Source of the DNA: Dicyema japonicum
Taxonomy: Eukaryota; Animalia; Dicyemida
Direction: 5' to 3'
Length of the DNA: 64,000 nt
NCBI GenBank assembly: GCA_011109175.1
Contig: RDEW01000010.1
Coordinates: 62,001 to 126,000 of the forward strand
In this document: piece after piece, positions 1 through 11,649 of the stretch
How the letters are laid out: each line of letters begins with the position of its first letter
Position numbering within the stretch: the first letter of the stretch is position 1
The notes under the pieces: generated by a model
What the model saw: the letters and a program-made list of their open reading frames with translations, nothing else
What the model was told of the DNA's origin: nothing
Databases searched by the model: none
Translations under genes and position numbers: made by a program

Positions 1-99
1 CAAGATTTTTTCTGGTAAAAATATCTTCAGAATCTCCCAAAAGCGAGCTTTTTTATGAATCTTCACTTTAAGCATCTGTTCAATCGATGTCAGCACACT

Positions 100-620
100 T
101 TTTTCTTTGTTAATTTTCAATAAAAATCAAAAATATTTGTGTCTATGCACAACTTAAGAACCTCCACATCGTCGGACACAAAATCTATATCGTCCGCATA
201 AATTAGTCAAATAGACGTTCGTTTAGGTAACCCAATTATTTCCGACAATCACTCAAAGCAGCTTAAATAACAAAGAATTGGAGATAGTGAGTCACGTTGA
301 TGAGTACCAATATTCGTTGTGAAAGTTTCCGAATAACTTTTACCCACCTTCACCTTCAGACAAGTATCTTAAAGCAAAAATTGTGTAATTCATAGGCAGT
401 CTTCGTCAATAATGTTTTTGAGAACAACAAGTCGTTTATTTATACAGATAAATTCGAAAGCCTTTGACAAGTCAATTCCCAGAATTTATATCATTTTTCT
501 GTTCTTTTCGCATATAGCGGTGAGCCAACGATGACTTTAGACTACATCAGCGATCGATCTCCCCATCTAAAGCTACTTTGCGATAAATATAGATCAACCG
601 AACTTGATGTCTAACTCAGA
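100..620 (-). mobile_element. Degenerate RTE-like non-LTR retrotransposon RT fragment
   Basis: The minus strand reads RSIADVV*SHRWLTAICEKNRKMI*ILGIDLSKAF and LIYADDIDF with stops and frameshifts. It is homologous to the copy at 42068-42286. Confidence 0.8.
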
Positions 621-1859
621 GTTATTATTAGGGCGTTTTTTTGACTTTATAAATCAGAAATTTTAACCTAAAAAATTGACTTTATTGACATTAAAATTTC
701 AAAATTTTGACCTTTTTTGACTTTATGATAAATTTGTCTAGAATAAAAATTTTAATACAAAAAATAATCAAATTCTTTATTAAAATACAGAACGTTTTCA
801 GGTTTAAAATTTAGGTCTTTAGATAGTAATTTTCCAAATAAAGAAAAACTTATCTCAACAAATGATGTTCTTCAGATAGACACTACATTCCTATGCGGCC
901 TTCGGCCACTGTTTTTCAGGTAGAAACAACGTTCATCAAACAAAGTATGATTTTTCTATTGGAAATGAGGTATTTTTAGTGAACAAATTTAGATACGAGT
1001 TTTAAAGGATTATGGGACAGATCCATCGCTAAGGTTGAGCAGATTTGAATCTCTATATGAAGAGCTAAGTAAAATTACTCAAATTTTGTCAAACAACCGA
1101 ATAGAGGTTTATTTAATTTTTTATCACAGATAGCAATATCAGGAGAATTGAAAATAGTCAACATGACTCGAGTCAAGAAAATATAGACTTAAGAAATACA
1201 TTCTTTGATTAGAAACCAATTAGTGTTGATTTGATGATAGGTGACATGTCGTAAATTCTTTGATTTTTGATAAGAAATGACATGTGAAATGTAATCAGCA
1301 GTGGATGGGTAACCCGTGCGGGACGCGACATATTAAAAATATTTTATTGGGATCAGAAATTCTAGTAATGAGTGTACATACTTCTGTCCCGAATATCAGT
1401 TTCGTCAATCATAACAAAATTTTTTAGATCTATATATATGACAATTCTGTCAAGCTGCTTCTGACCATCTGCCCACACATGAATCGAGAAAATAAGTTAG
1501 TTTTTTTAGTATTGACACCTGTAAAATAGTAATAAAAATAATAAACCTGCTAATTTGATATGCTTCTTAGACGATCTATGTCAATAAAAATTGTTTTTTT
1601 TCGCAGTTAAAATGTCCCATTAATTACAAAAGAGATTTCCTTGTGAATGATAGAAAATTCATTGGGATATTTTCTAAACAACAGACTTATTCTTTTCAAT
1701 TTCATTCTTGGTTGAACGCGGCATCACAGTAAATAATTATAATTGATACCACGCTAGTATTTTATGTAAAACTTGAAAAAAATAAAAAATCAATAATATT
1801 TTTGACTTTATTGACCTAAAAAAATTAATTTTTTCACCAGTGAATTGTATAAACGTATC

Positions 1860-2190
1860 CGTGTTTTTACTCAATCCTTTACGCTTTATCCAGTTTTCCT
1901 TTTAGGCACCGTAGTGTACTGTTTGAAATGTGTTTTCCGCATAATTACGTCTTGTTCATCTCCCAATAACGAGTTTCTTTACTTTTCTCCAATGTTCATC
2001 CAGCTTGGATTTTTTTCTGACTAGTTCAGTCAATTCTGTTTTCTTCCACATTTACATTTGAGGAACCACTAGGCAAGTTTATTTAACATCACCTCCAATA
2101 GGCTTTTAAGAGCATTCATGTCTAAAGAAATGAAATCCGTCATCCGCATAAGCCACCACATCGATTTTTGCTTCATAGTATAGTTTTAGC
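1860..2190 (-). mobile_element. RTE-like RT thumb-region fragment
   Basis: WFL..NVE(K)TELTELVRKKSKLDEHWRKVKKL motif, matching WFLTVNPDKTE...WRKCKKLGSLLG in the 25011-25640 ORF. Confidence 0.7.
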
Positions 2191-2199
2191 TCTTTCAAT

Positions 2200-3830
2200 G
2201 CAGCTTCCAAGTATTTGACAAATAGTATGGGAGATAACGGATCCCCTTGAGGTGTCCTGGATGTTGTTTCAAATGGTTTAGAGCATTGTCTCGTACCTTG
2301 ATCGATAGGTAAGTTTCTGATACCCCGACCATCAGGGTAGAAGATTCGTCAAGGAATTGTGTAAGGATATCCATCAATTTCTGATCGCGTTTTTGAATCT
2401 ATGAATAGTGGAACAACGCCATCTATGGCTCCACATTATGTCAGAAGTCGACTTTCCTTTTCGAAAATCGCTGTGGAACTCGGATAAAAATTGTTCCGTA
2501 CAAGACTTTGTAAAGTAATAATTGCAAGCACTTGCCGTATGCTGTTTATAAGAATTACTTGCCTGAGGTTCTCCACTTTTCCCTTAGCTTTGTTCTGTTT
2601 TGGACAGGGATCAGCATTTTTTGTCCAAAAGGTATTTGGTTGTTCGTTTTAAACATTCAATTGAAACGGTCCGCTATGAGGGTATGTAGGTTTTTCACTT
2701 CCATACTTTAGTAGCTCTGGTTCTAGCCCGTCTTGATCCCGGACTTTTGTTGTTTTTATGCTTAAAACAGGCTTGTCGCACTTCTGCGGGAGTTATTTCT
2801 ACCTCTAATTTCCTAGAATGAACAGTAAATGTTGCAATTCTGTTGCTGTCTGACTTAAACAATTTCCTGAAGTGATCGGAAATTAATTCTACAGCTTCTG
2901 CAGAGTCTGCTATCCGTCTGCCATTTTCGTCGTTCATGATTAGAGGTTGTCAGCTTTTGTGCCTACGGAGTAATCTGATCGCCTCATAGTACCTTCCAAT
3001 GTACTTCAGATCTCCAAGTGCCTTGATCTGTTCCTCAGTCTCGTTCCTTTACATAGTAGAAACGTATTTTCTGATTTTCTTCTTGATATTTGTTCTCTCA
3101 CGACTACGCTCCTCTTTGATATGCTTGTCTTCAGTGGTTAAGTATTGAAGCCAAATAGATTTTTGTTTCTTTACAAGGAGTGATATCTCTGTTGTCCCCC
3201 TTGGTGATGTGCTGACCATTTCTGTGTCTAGAAGCTGTTTGTCCGCTGCCCCTCGTATTGATTCTTGCAGTTGTTTCCAGAGTTTGGGGATTTGTTGATT
3301 TGTTTCCACACTGCTCAACTTCATGTCGAGGCATCTCCTTTTGTTGTAATGATAGTCCGTTTAGGTAAAGTTTTCTCCTGTTATGTGTATCGTGTGGCCC
3401 TTTGGTATTTATCTTCAATCCATCCACTGTGGGTGCGTACACGTTTATGATGGATAGTAAACTTTTAGATGGGTAGAGCTTGTTTATACAAATTCGGTCG
3501 TTTATGCTCCAATGGCCTCAGCTCTTTCTTTATCATAAATCCTTGGCCAAAGTGTCTGCTTCCACTTCGAAATGAAATGATAGACCAATAGTTCCTCTTC
3601 TAAACCATAGTGCAGTTTTGTTTCCTGAAAGCATCCAACTGTAACTTTGTATTTTATCAGATCGTCGCATAATGCTGTTCTTTTCCATGATTGTGTGAGC
3701 CCTCTGACATTAAATGTGAGTAGCGAGAAAAATGAATCCACGAGTTTCTTGTGCTTTTTAGACATATTGTAAAGAGCCACGTCACCAGCTCAACCAAAAA
3801 ACAGCTGGTCTATGTGAAAGGATTTCAGCT
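2200..3830 (-). mobile_element. 5' part of a degenerate RTE-like LINE (5'UTR, APE endonuclease, start of RT)
   Basis: ORF 3502-3780 has the APE N-terminus LLTFNVRGL...GCFQETKL. ORF 2695-2937 has the pre-RT NNKSPG motif. Multiple stops. Confidence 0.8.
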
Positions 3831-3849
3831 TTCATATTTCTTTCTTGTG

Positions 3850-5010
3850 CAGGACCAAATGCCCACGTTTCAGTACTTTGACTTGTATTAACATCGAGCT
3901 CTTTACGGCAAACCAAATTTTCTACATTGCTACGTTTACTAAAGTTTTCCTCCTTATGTCTTCGTTGTCACCGAGAAGGGAGCCCGCTTTTTGGTTTTAC
4001 GCCAATACTCCCCCGTCCTCGCCTTCTCCCTTCTGAATTCCGTTACTTCAGTTTTGTGGATTTACAGTTAAGAACCATTTGGCCAATCTGCCCAGAATTT
4101 CCTTCAATAAAACAGTGAATGCTTCACTGTCATTTGAAATTAAGTCCACGTCATCTGCGTATGCTATTGTGCTCTTCTTCTCTTCAAGGAGCAGCTCCAG
4201 GGCTGCCTGATTAAAAACAAAATAGGGGATAGTGGATCTCATTGGGGGTTACCAATATTGTCTCGAATTGTCTTGAGCAGGTTCCTCTGATCTTCACATT
4301 CAGATAAGTGTCCGTTAGGAGTGTCGTAATCAGTCTAACTGTGGAACTATCAAGGAAGCATTCAAGGACTTTTGACAATTTCCACTAATTAAACGAGTCT
4401 AAAGCTGATCTAAAAATGGACCATTCCGGACTTCTACTTGGGACTCCACACGACATCCGAGGTACCCTTACAGAATCTGATATAGTAAAAAGATAGATAT
4501 GAGTCTAACAACTCTCCATTCTCTATTGGATTATATTTTCAAATATTTTTCGAAGCAAAATAACTGATCTGAGGTTTTTTTCAGCCATTGGTTTGTGAGC
4601 CTTCTGAACAGATATCATGGTCCCCTCTCCGGGGTGCTGCCGGTTCTGTACATTCCGTTTAAGATGCGAGCGATGCTTTGATGCAGTTTTTTGTGTTCCA
4701 TATTTTAAGAATTGGCCATTGAGACCGTTCGGGTACGGATTATTGTCATTTTTTAATTTTGAGCTTACTAACTGTAATTCTTGTGGAATTATTTCCTCTT
4801 GAAGTTCGCCCCCTTCTGAAGCAGTTCCAATGCTACCGTGATCGTTCGATTTAAATAAATTTTCGAAGTGGTCAGCAATAATTTCCGCCACTTCCAATTT
4901 ATCCACAAATTGTCTCCCTTGCAAAGTTACTGACTGTTTTAATACTTTGAATCTAATTTGTCTAAAGATCATAGAACCTTCCGTTGTCCTTGAAGCTTTC
5001 AATTACTTTA
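3850..5010 (-). mobile_element. Degenerate RTE-like RT fragment
   Basis: IAYADDVDLIS and RLAKWFLTVNP in ORF 4048-4242; pre-RT region in ORF 4523-5002. Confidence 0.8.
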
Positions 5011-5336
5011 ATCTGGTCGATTATCTAATTCTTTGTTCTCAAACGTACGGCTTTTCTTATTTTTTTGTTATTTACTCCTTTGTCTTTTGTGTGTTGGTCA
5101 TCTGTGTCTAGGTACTGTATCCATATTTTCTGTTCTACAAATCTGGAACGGTAAGTCCATCAATATCCCTCGGGCTCTGTCTAGGTATTCTCTGAACTCC
5201 TAGCCTATATTGACACTAAAATTATAAATCGAAATTTTATTATTTCTAATAAATTAATTAAATTAAATTAATATTTAAACTTAAAAGGCGGTCAATTTAA
5301 TTGAACTTCAAGTAATTTATGTTGTTTATTTGTTAG

Positions 5337-8300
5337 ATGCGGGGGACTGTCAAATATCTAGAAATAGAAAATTTCAAATCTTTTAAAGGAAAAAATTTCA
5401 TTGGTCCGTTTAAAAACTTTACAGCCATAATTGGTCCGAATGGTTCAGGAAAATCAAATTTAATGGATGCAATCAGTTTTGTACTAGGTGAACGAGCATC
5501 CACTCTTCGTGTGAGAAAATTGAGTGTACAATTATATGTAACTCATAGGAACTGATTCACGGTGCACAAATATCTTGTCCAGTTTCTAATCGTTCCTCGG
5601 TCAGAATGATGTTTGACTATGACAGCGTAGAGACTCTCTTTGAGCGAACAATAGTGGAGAACTCCTCTTACTACAAGATAAATGAAAATTCCGTTTCTTG
5701 GATAATATATTCCGATACTCTTTTTCAGGTCGGAATTCCACCCAAAAATAAGAACTTTTTGGTTTTCCAAGGGAGTGTAGAGAGTATAGCAATGAAAAGT
5801 GCTAAGGAAAGGACTGAGATATTCGAGAATATAAGCGGGTAAGTCAGTATAATAAAAAAAGTTCCCGAGAATTGAAAGACAGCTACGAGTCAGCAAAACT
5901 AACAATGGTGAAGGCAAATCAGGAAGCACAAACTCATTATTTGAAGAAACAACTGATTACTGGTGAACGTAGAGATGCCATTATGAAAAAAGGGGAAAAT
6001 GAACGCTATAGACAACTCTTATATGATCACGTGGCACTTTGTTTTTAATATTTAGGATTTAAAGAGAGTTCAAATCCATTTGCTCAGACTTTATATTAAC
6101 GAAAGATCTATTCAGGAGTTAGATGGTGAGTTTGCTGAAAGAAATGCAAAGCTGGAAAATATTACACATGAAATAGCTCAGGCTGAAGAATTGATTTTGT
6201 CTAAAAAGAAAGATTATGCTAAACTTGGAAGAGATGTTGATAAGATCGAGCAAAATAGGAGAGAATTGGTGAATTATTAATTTATTGGTTGAAGAAGTTG
6301 GATTTACAAAAGTTGAGACCCGAATTTCTTCAATCGAACGAACAGAGCAATCATATGGAGAAAAAATTGGAGATGGCTCAGTTTGATTGGTTAATTTTAT
6401 TGAAGGAAAAATCTGAAAGCTGCGGAAACACAAGAGAGAACTAATCGAGATGAAATTTTTGGATTAGAAGAGGCTTTGAGAAATGTGGATTTGGCCCGCC
6501 AAAACTGGAAAGATTGTTTGCTCGAAAAGGGCTTTGATTTGGAGGATTCACAGATGAAGGAATACAGGAGATTACGGAAACAGGCAGATCGAGAAACTTC
6601 AGATATTTGTAGACAACAAGAGTCTGTGATGATAGAACAGAGGATGAACGAGGCTGCTTTATTAGAATTTACTAACCGAAAAAATGACATTGAGCATCGA
6701 CTTGAGCAAAAAAAGGGGTCACTTAACAACAACATTGCTCGTATTGAAAAATTAAACGAATTCTTGGAGTTTATGTACTTTATATTTGTTTAGAACATCC
6801 AGAAAACTTTTGGAGGACGAGAAAAGGAAACTAGTCGAACTATCCACTTTTATTGAATGTGTTCAGTCTAATATTACGAAAATTAAAGGAGAAATGGCAA
6901 ATATTGACGATGAAATAAGTCAGGCTAATGTAAGTCTATTATTCGAGCATAGACTGAATTTAATGATTCTTCCAATTTACGGAAACGTACAGAAATCGTA
7001 CAAAATTTAAAGAAACAGTTTCACGTAGTTGTAAGAGTTATTTTGACACAACAGTATGGGAGAATAGCGGATTTATGTCAAGCCACACATAAACGTTACC
7101 AACTCTCCGTCACCAAGGTTTTTGGGGGGCATATGGACTCTATCGTATGTGACACAATGCAGACTGCACGAGACTGCATTGTATATCTGAAAGAGACAAT
7201 GCTTGGACCAGAGACGTTTATTCCTCTCGATTCTGTGACGACAGAACAAATCAACGAAAAATTAAGGTTTCGCTTTTATTTAATAGTAGGGACATTAAGA
7301 GCCCCAAAAATGTTAAATTATTATTTGATGTTCTCCGATTCAGCCCTTCAGAGTTGAGAAAGGCAATTATTTTTGTCTGTGGAAATACTTTGGTATGTGA
7401 AACAACGGAAGATGCTAGAACGGTAGCTTTTGATCTTGGGGATCGAAAGAAGGCTGTATCGTTGGATGGAACTCTTTATCAAAAGTCGGGGTTTATTTCT
7501 GGAGGAGCCAGGTTCGTAAAACGTCTCATTGAAGCAATTTAAGAGCAAAGGTGAGGAGATGGGATGAGAGGGAACTCACAAGGCTTAGAGAGAAGAGAGC
7601 CAAACTTACAGAAGACTTGAATTTACAAATATCTGAAAATCAAAAGGAACTTTACCTTTATAACTTGCGGATGCAAATCCATGGATTGGAAACTAGAATT
7701 AAATTCTCCCTTACTGAGAAAGATACCATGGTACTTGTTTTTATCACTGAAGGAGAACAAACTTATCCATCACAATAAAGTAGATTTAACTTCACTAGAG
7801 TGTGAATTGAACAGCTTAAAGGTGTTTTTATATTAATTCAGCCTGCTTTGAATGATCTACAGGGTCGTGTTGATTCTAGTAAAGAAGTATTGGTGAATCT
7901 TCAAAGGAGGAAAAACGAGATTGACGATAGAGTATTCTCCAACTTTTGTCTTAACTTAGGGATTGAAAACATTCGGTTATATTTATAGTGATTGCAGACA
8001 ATTTGAGGAGGAAGAACTTGTGGCGTATAAAGAGAGAATGGCAAAAAATGTGGAATTTGATAACCAAAGAGTCGCATCTTAAATCAACTTGAATGTGGGA
8101 AAGCAAGGGATACAAAAGGTTATTGCATGATTAATGTAGATAATATTACAAAATGGAGAAGAATTGCAGCAGACAATCAGTCGGAATTAGATGAACTAAA
8201 AATGAAAGAGAGTGAACTGGCAAAGGTTTGTAAATTATGTTATTGTAGACGCTTGATGATATTGAAAAGAATATTGATGGTCTTGGAGTTGTAAAAAATA

Positions 8301-9459
8301 AAACTATTTCTGACATGGAAGCTCTTGATTGCGAAATTATAAATCTCTCAAGGACTAAGGACCAATTTAAGAGTGATTTGGATGAACTGCAAAGGATGAC
8401 CATCAATGCGGAGAATAGTTGTGATCAGAAACGATACGATCGACATTCCTTAATAAAGTCATGCAAACATGCAAGAATTGAGATTCCTTTGGTTAGTGGA
8501 AGTATTGATGATTTTACCTCTGTTCCAATCGATGACTCACAGCCTTCTTCACTCAACACATTTATAACTCCTGAAGTACTTGCCATATACGAACGAGAAA
8601 GAAAAATTGTAATTGACTATTCGTCATTAACTGAGGAACTAAAAGCAGTTACTGTTAATTCAGAGGATGATGTGGTTGACAAACTGCAAACGGAATTAGA
8701 TGAACTTGCTTCCAAGTTGGATAGTTTCGTTAATCCGAATATGAGGGCAGGAGAACGGTTTTAGTGGTACTTATTAATAGACTGGATGAACTGAGTGAAC
8801 GCTTTGTTGCGGCTGTATCTGAATTCGATAATGCAAATGATAAGACACAAAAGGCTAGGGAAGAGTTTGAAAAAATAAAAAAGAAACGACTAGAGTTGTT
8901 TCAGACTTTCTTTTCTCACGTGTCAGCTGTTATCGATACTATTTATAAAGTACTAGTTTGACAAATTGAAGGAACTTTCAGGGAATATTGGTGCCCAGGC
9001 AATATTAAGCCCAAAGAACACAAAGGAGCCTTACCTTGAAGGAATCAGTTTTAATTGTGTCGCCCCTGGTAAACGATACAGAGCAATAGACAATATGTCT
9101 GGTGGAGAGAAAACTCTCGCTGCCTTAGCTTTATTGTTCTCAATGCATTGCTATAAACCCTCTCCATTCTTTGTGCTTGATGAAATAGATTCTGCCCTCG
9201 ATAATACTAATATGAATAAAGTTTAGCCTTACTATAATTTTAGTTGGCTTCTTATATTCGCAAACAATCCCTTGATAGTTTTCAATGTATTGTAATCTCC
9301 CTTAAGGAAGAGATGTACAATCGTGCAGATTCTTTGATTGGAATTTATCCTCAGGTCACTAAAAGTCATGATTCTTAGACGAGTGAAATATGTATGCGAA
9401 GTAACTTACTCACTCTTGACCTAACATCATATAGGGATGACTTTGTTGATGATAATTAG
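5337..9459 (+). CDS. SMC1: Structural maintenance of chromosomes protein 1 (cohesin SMC1); 20 exons, 19 introns of 20-26 nt; one apparent frameshift near 8070
   Basis: Walker [22 protein letters not shown], hinge YGRIADLCQ...[16 protein letters not shown], signature [15 protein letters not shown] and Walker [13 protein letters not shown]. Removing GT-AG micro-introns (e.g. 5526-5548, 5839-5861, 6031-6055, 7822-7841) restores the frame. Confidence 0.97.
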
Positions 9460-9525
9460 TTTGTTTTTCCTAAATGTTGGATTTCTGAATATTAATAAAT
9501 ATTATTGTAAGATTATAGTTTTTTA

Positions 9526-10395
9526 TTAATTTGTCTCATCAGATGATGAATCTGAGTTTTGCACTAAAAATACCATAAAATTTTTCTTTGAGATATCCCA
9601 CTTGATTTGACTGAGGAAATGAGAATTCAGATAATTTTCCGTTTTTTATTTTTCCATTCCGGTATCCTGCATTCATCTTTTTCTGTCGAGCTCTTGCATT
9701 TTGAAACCAAACCTTTAAATTTAAGTTTAAAGTCGACCTGAGATACCCTTTTTTGAAGGTTTACCTCCTGCGAAATCCTTTCCAGTTCCTGACTGTCTGG
9801 ATTTGGGTCGTGTTCAAAGTAGTATTGGAGCGTTTGGATTTGATCCTCAGAAAATGTGGTTCTGATCCGTTTATGTCTATTTCTAATATCTTGTTGTTAT
9901 CATGTAAATTACAATGACTGGAACCATTTTCTTCAAAATAGTCACTTTTACACAGGACTTTGTTATCTTTGAAATAATACTCCTCCCCCGTTGATAGTTG
10001 TCTTTTACATATCTCACAGGAAAAGCAAGCCAAATGGTAAAGGTTATCTTCAGCCTTGCGGACCCAATCTCCCGCTTGTAGTTCCCGTCCACATTTTGAA
10101 CACTTTTGAACTTCAAATCTAAAATAATGTAAGCATATTACAATTTGTAGTAATCATCCCAACAGTAAATTTTATTATTTGTAATGTAACATTTGGTAGA
10201 GTTTTCAAGTGAACGTTTGCACTTGTGACAGCACAGACAACTCCCATGCCAATATTCATAATTGACTTTCATTTTGTAATTTTCCATAATAAATTGTCCA
10301 CATCCCTTGCAGATGTTTTCCATATAATTAATTATGCATCCACGTCCGAAACAAAAATGTGAAAATATCGTTAATAAATAGCCAAATGACGCCAA
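9526..10395 (-). CDS. Awh: LIM-homeodomain transcription factor, Arrowhead/Lhx6/8 family (start may be 10323)
   Basis: Two LIM domains (CKGCGQFI...WHGSCLCCHKC; CSKCGRELQAGDWVRKAEDNLYHLACFSCEICKRQLSTGEEY) and a spliced homeodomain KRIRTTFSEDQIQTLQYYFEHDPNPDSQELERISQEVNLQKRVSQ|VWFQNARARQKK. Introns are 23, 23, 25 and probably 22 nt. Confidence 0.9.
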
Positions 10396-10814
10396 TAATT
10401 ATGATACTAACAAGTGCATTGTTATTGTTTATATATTAATTAACACATTCACATCTAACAAATACTATGTAATTAAATTATCATTGTTAGCATGTCGTTA
10501 TTTACTACAGGTTAAGTCAAATTACTGCACTACTATTTAAACTGCCAAGTGTTGAGGGCGACACATGTTCACACAATAGACTGTCTGTATTCTTGAAATA
10601 TTTATTCAATCCAATAATAAATCCACTTTCTTTAGTTTAACACATTGGAATAATATACGTCTGACTTTTAGACATAAATAGTGGGCATGGAATACCATTA
10701 GAAAATACAAAAGATCCGTAGGTATATCTGGGGTGGCACTTATTTTTTCTTGAAAAATTGAGAAAACAAAAAAACTTGTCCAATTCTCCATTAAGTGCTA
10801 CAGAATGAGAAAAC

Positions 10815-10856
10815 CCCTAAGAAAATTGTCGAATTCCCTAAGAAAATTGTCGAATT
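10815..10856. repeat. Perfect 21-bp tandem duplication
   Basis: CCCTAAGAAAATTGTCGAATT occurs twice in tandem. Confidence 0.9.
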
Positions 10857-10936
10857 GTTATTTCTTATTATTTATTGCCAAAAATCACTGGGGTTATGAC
10901 AAGGAAGAAAGCAGAAAGGAATCTTTCGAATAAACA

Positions 10937-10992
10937 GTGTGTGAATCGAACCCACAGCCAATCGTCACAGCAATAACCACTATGTTACCTTT
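10937..10992 (-). other. tRNA-like A-box/B-box remnant (possible SINE head or tRNA pseudogene)
   Basis: The minus strand reads GGTAACATAGTGGTTATTGCTGTGACGATTGGCTGTGGGTTCGATTCAC. The box spacing is too short for a full cloverleaf. Confidence 0.35.
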
Positions 10993-11649
10993 TCTAAAGA
11001 AATGTAGAATTTTGACAGCTTCTCTTCCATTTCGACTGAACCCAATGTTTTTTTTCAACTTAACTCTTTATTTGAATTCTCGATTAGAGTACGCACATAT
11101 ATTGACAGTCCATCTATAGCTTACATAAATTGCTAGGAAATCATACCATATTAGTATTCTATACCCATACTCTCTAAGGACCACTGACTAAATGCTCGTA
11201 TATGGCCCTCCACAATAAGCATGTAATGGCCGTAGAATTGTCTCACGATTTAGATTTTATGTTGATTTAAGTGTTTGTGATATAATGAAACACAGCAAAT
11301 CTACTTATAAAATTTCATCTTCCAAGTATCCTATTTCTCACGATTCCATTAATGAGAATAAAAACGATCCGATTAAACGTGTACAATCCGACCCCTGTTT
11401 AAGGTAAACCATGCCATTGATAAAGTTATCATTATGTAAGTAAACACTAGTTAAATAATACGAAGTTTTCTAATCAAACCCACCAATCTGGGTGAGTAAT
11501 CAAAGATTTATTAAAAATCATGAAAATTACCATATATTATTCATTTTATGCCACATGGCACTAAAGTTAGTGTGGTGCTATGTGGCTACATGAATTGAAG
11601 ATTATTTGTTTGATTCTTCTGTTCCTCCTCTTCCTTTTTGTCTCCAAAG

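Noticed and set aside
8066-8082. Alternative genetic code (TAA/TAG as Gln, as in ciliates with tiny introns)
   Set aside because: In-frame stops in conserved genes are explained by introns or single indels. The genes end in TAA/TAG and use CAA/CAG for Gln.
5543-8406. Minus-strand ORFs overlapping SMC1
   Set aside because: These are antisense shadows of a coiled-coil coding region with no motifs.
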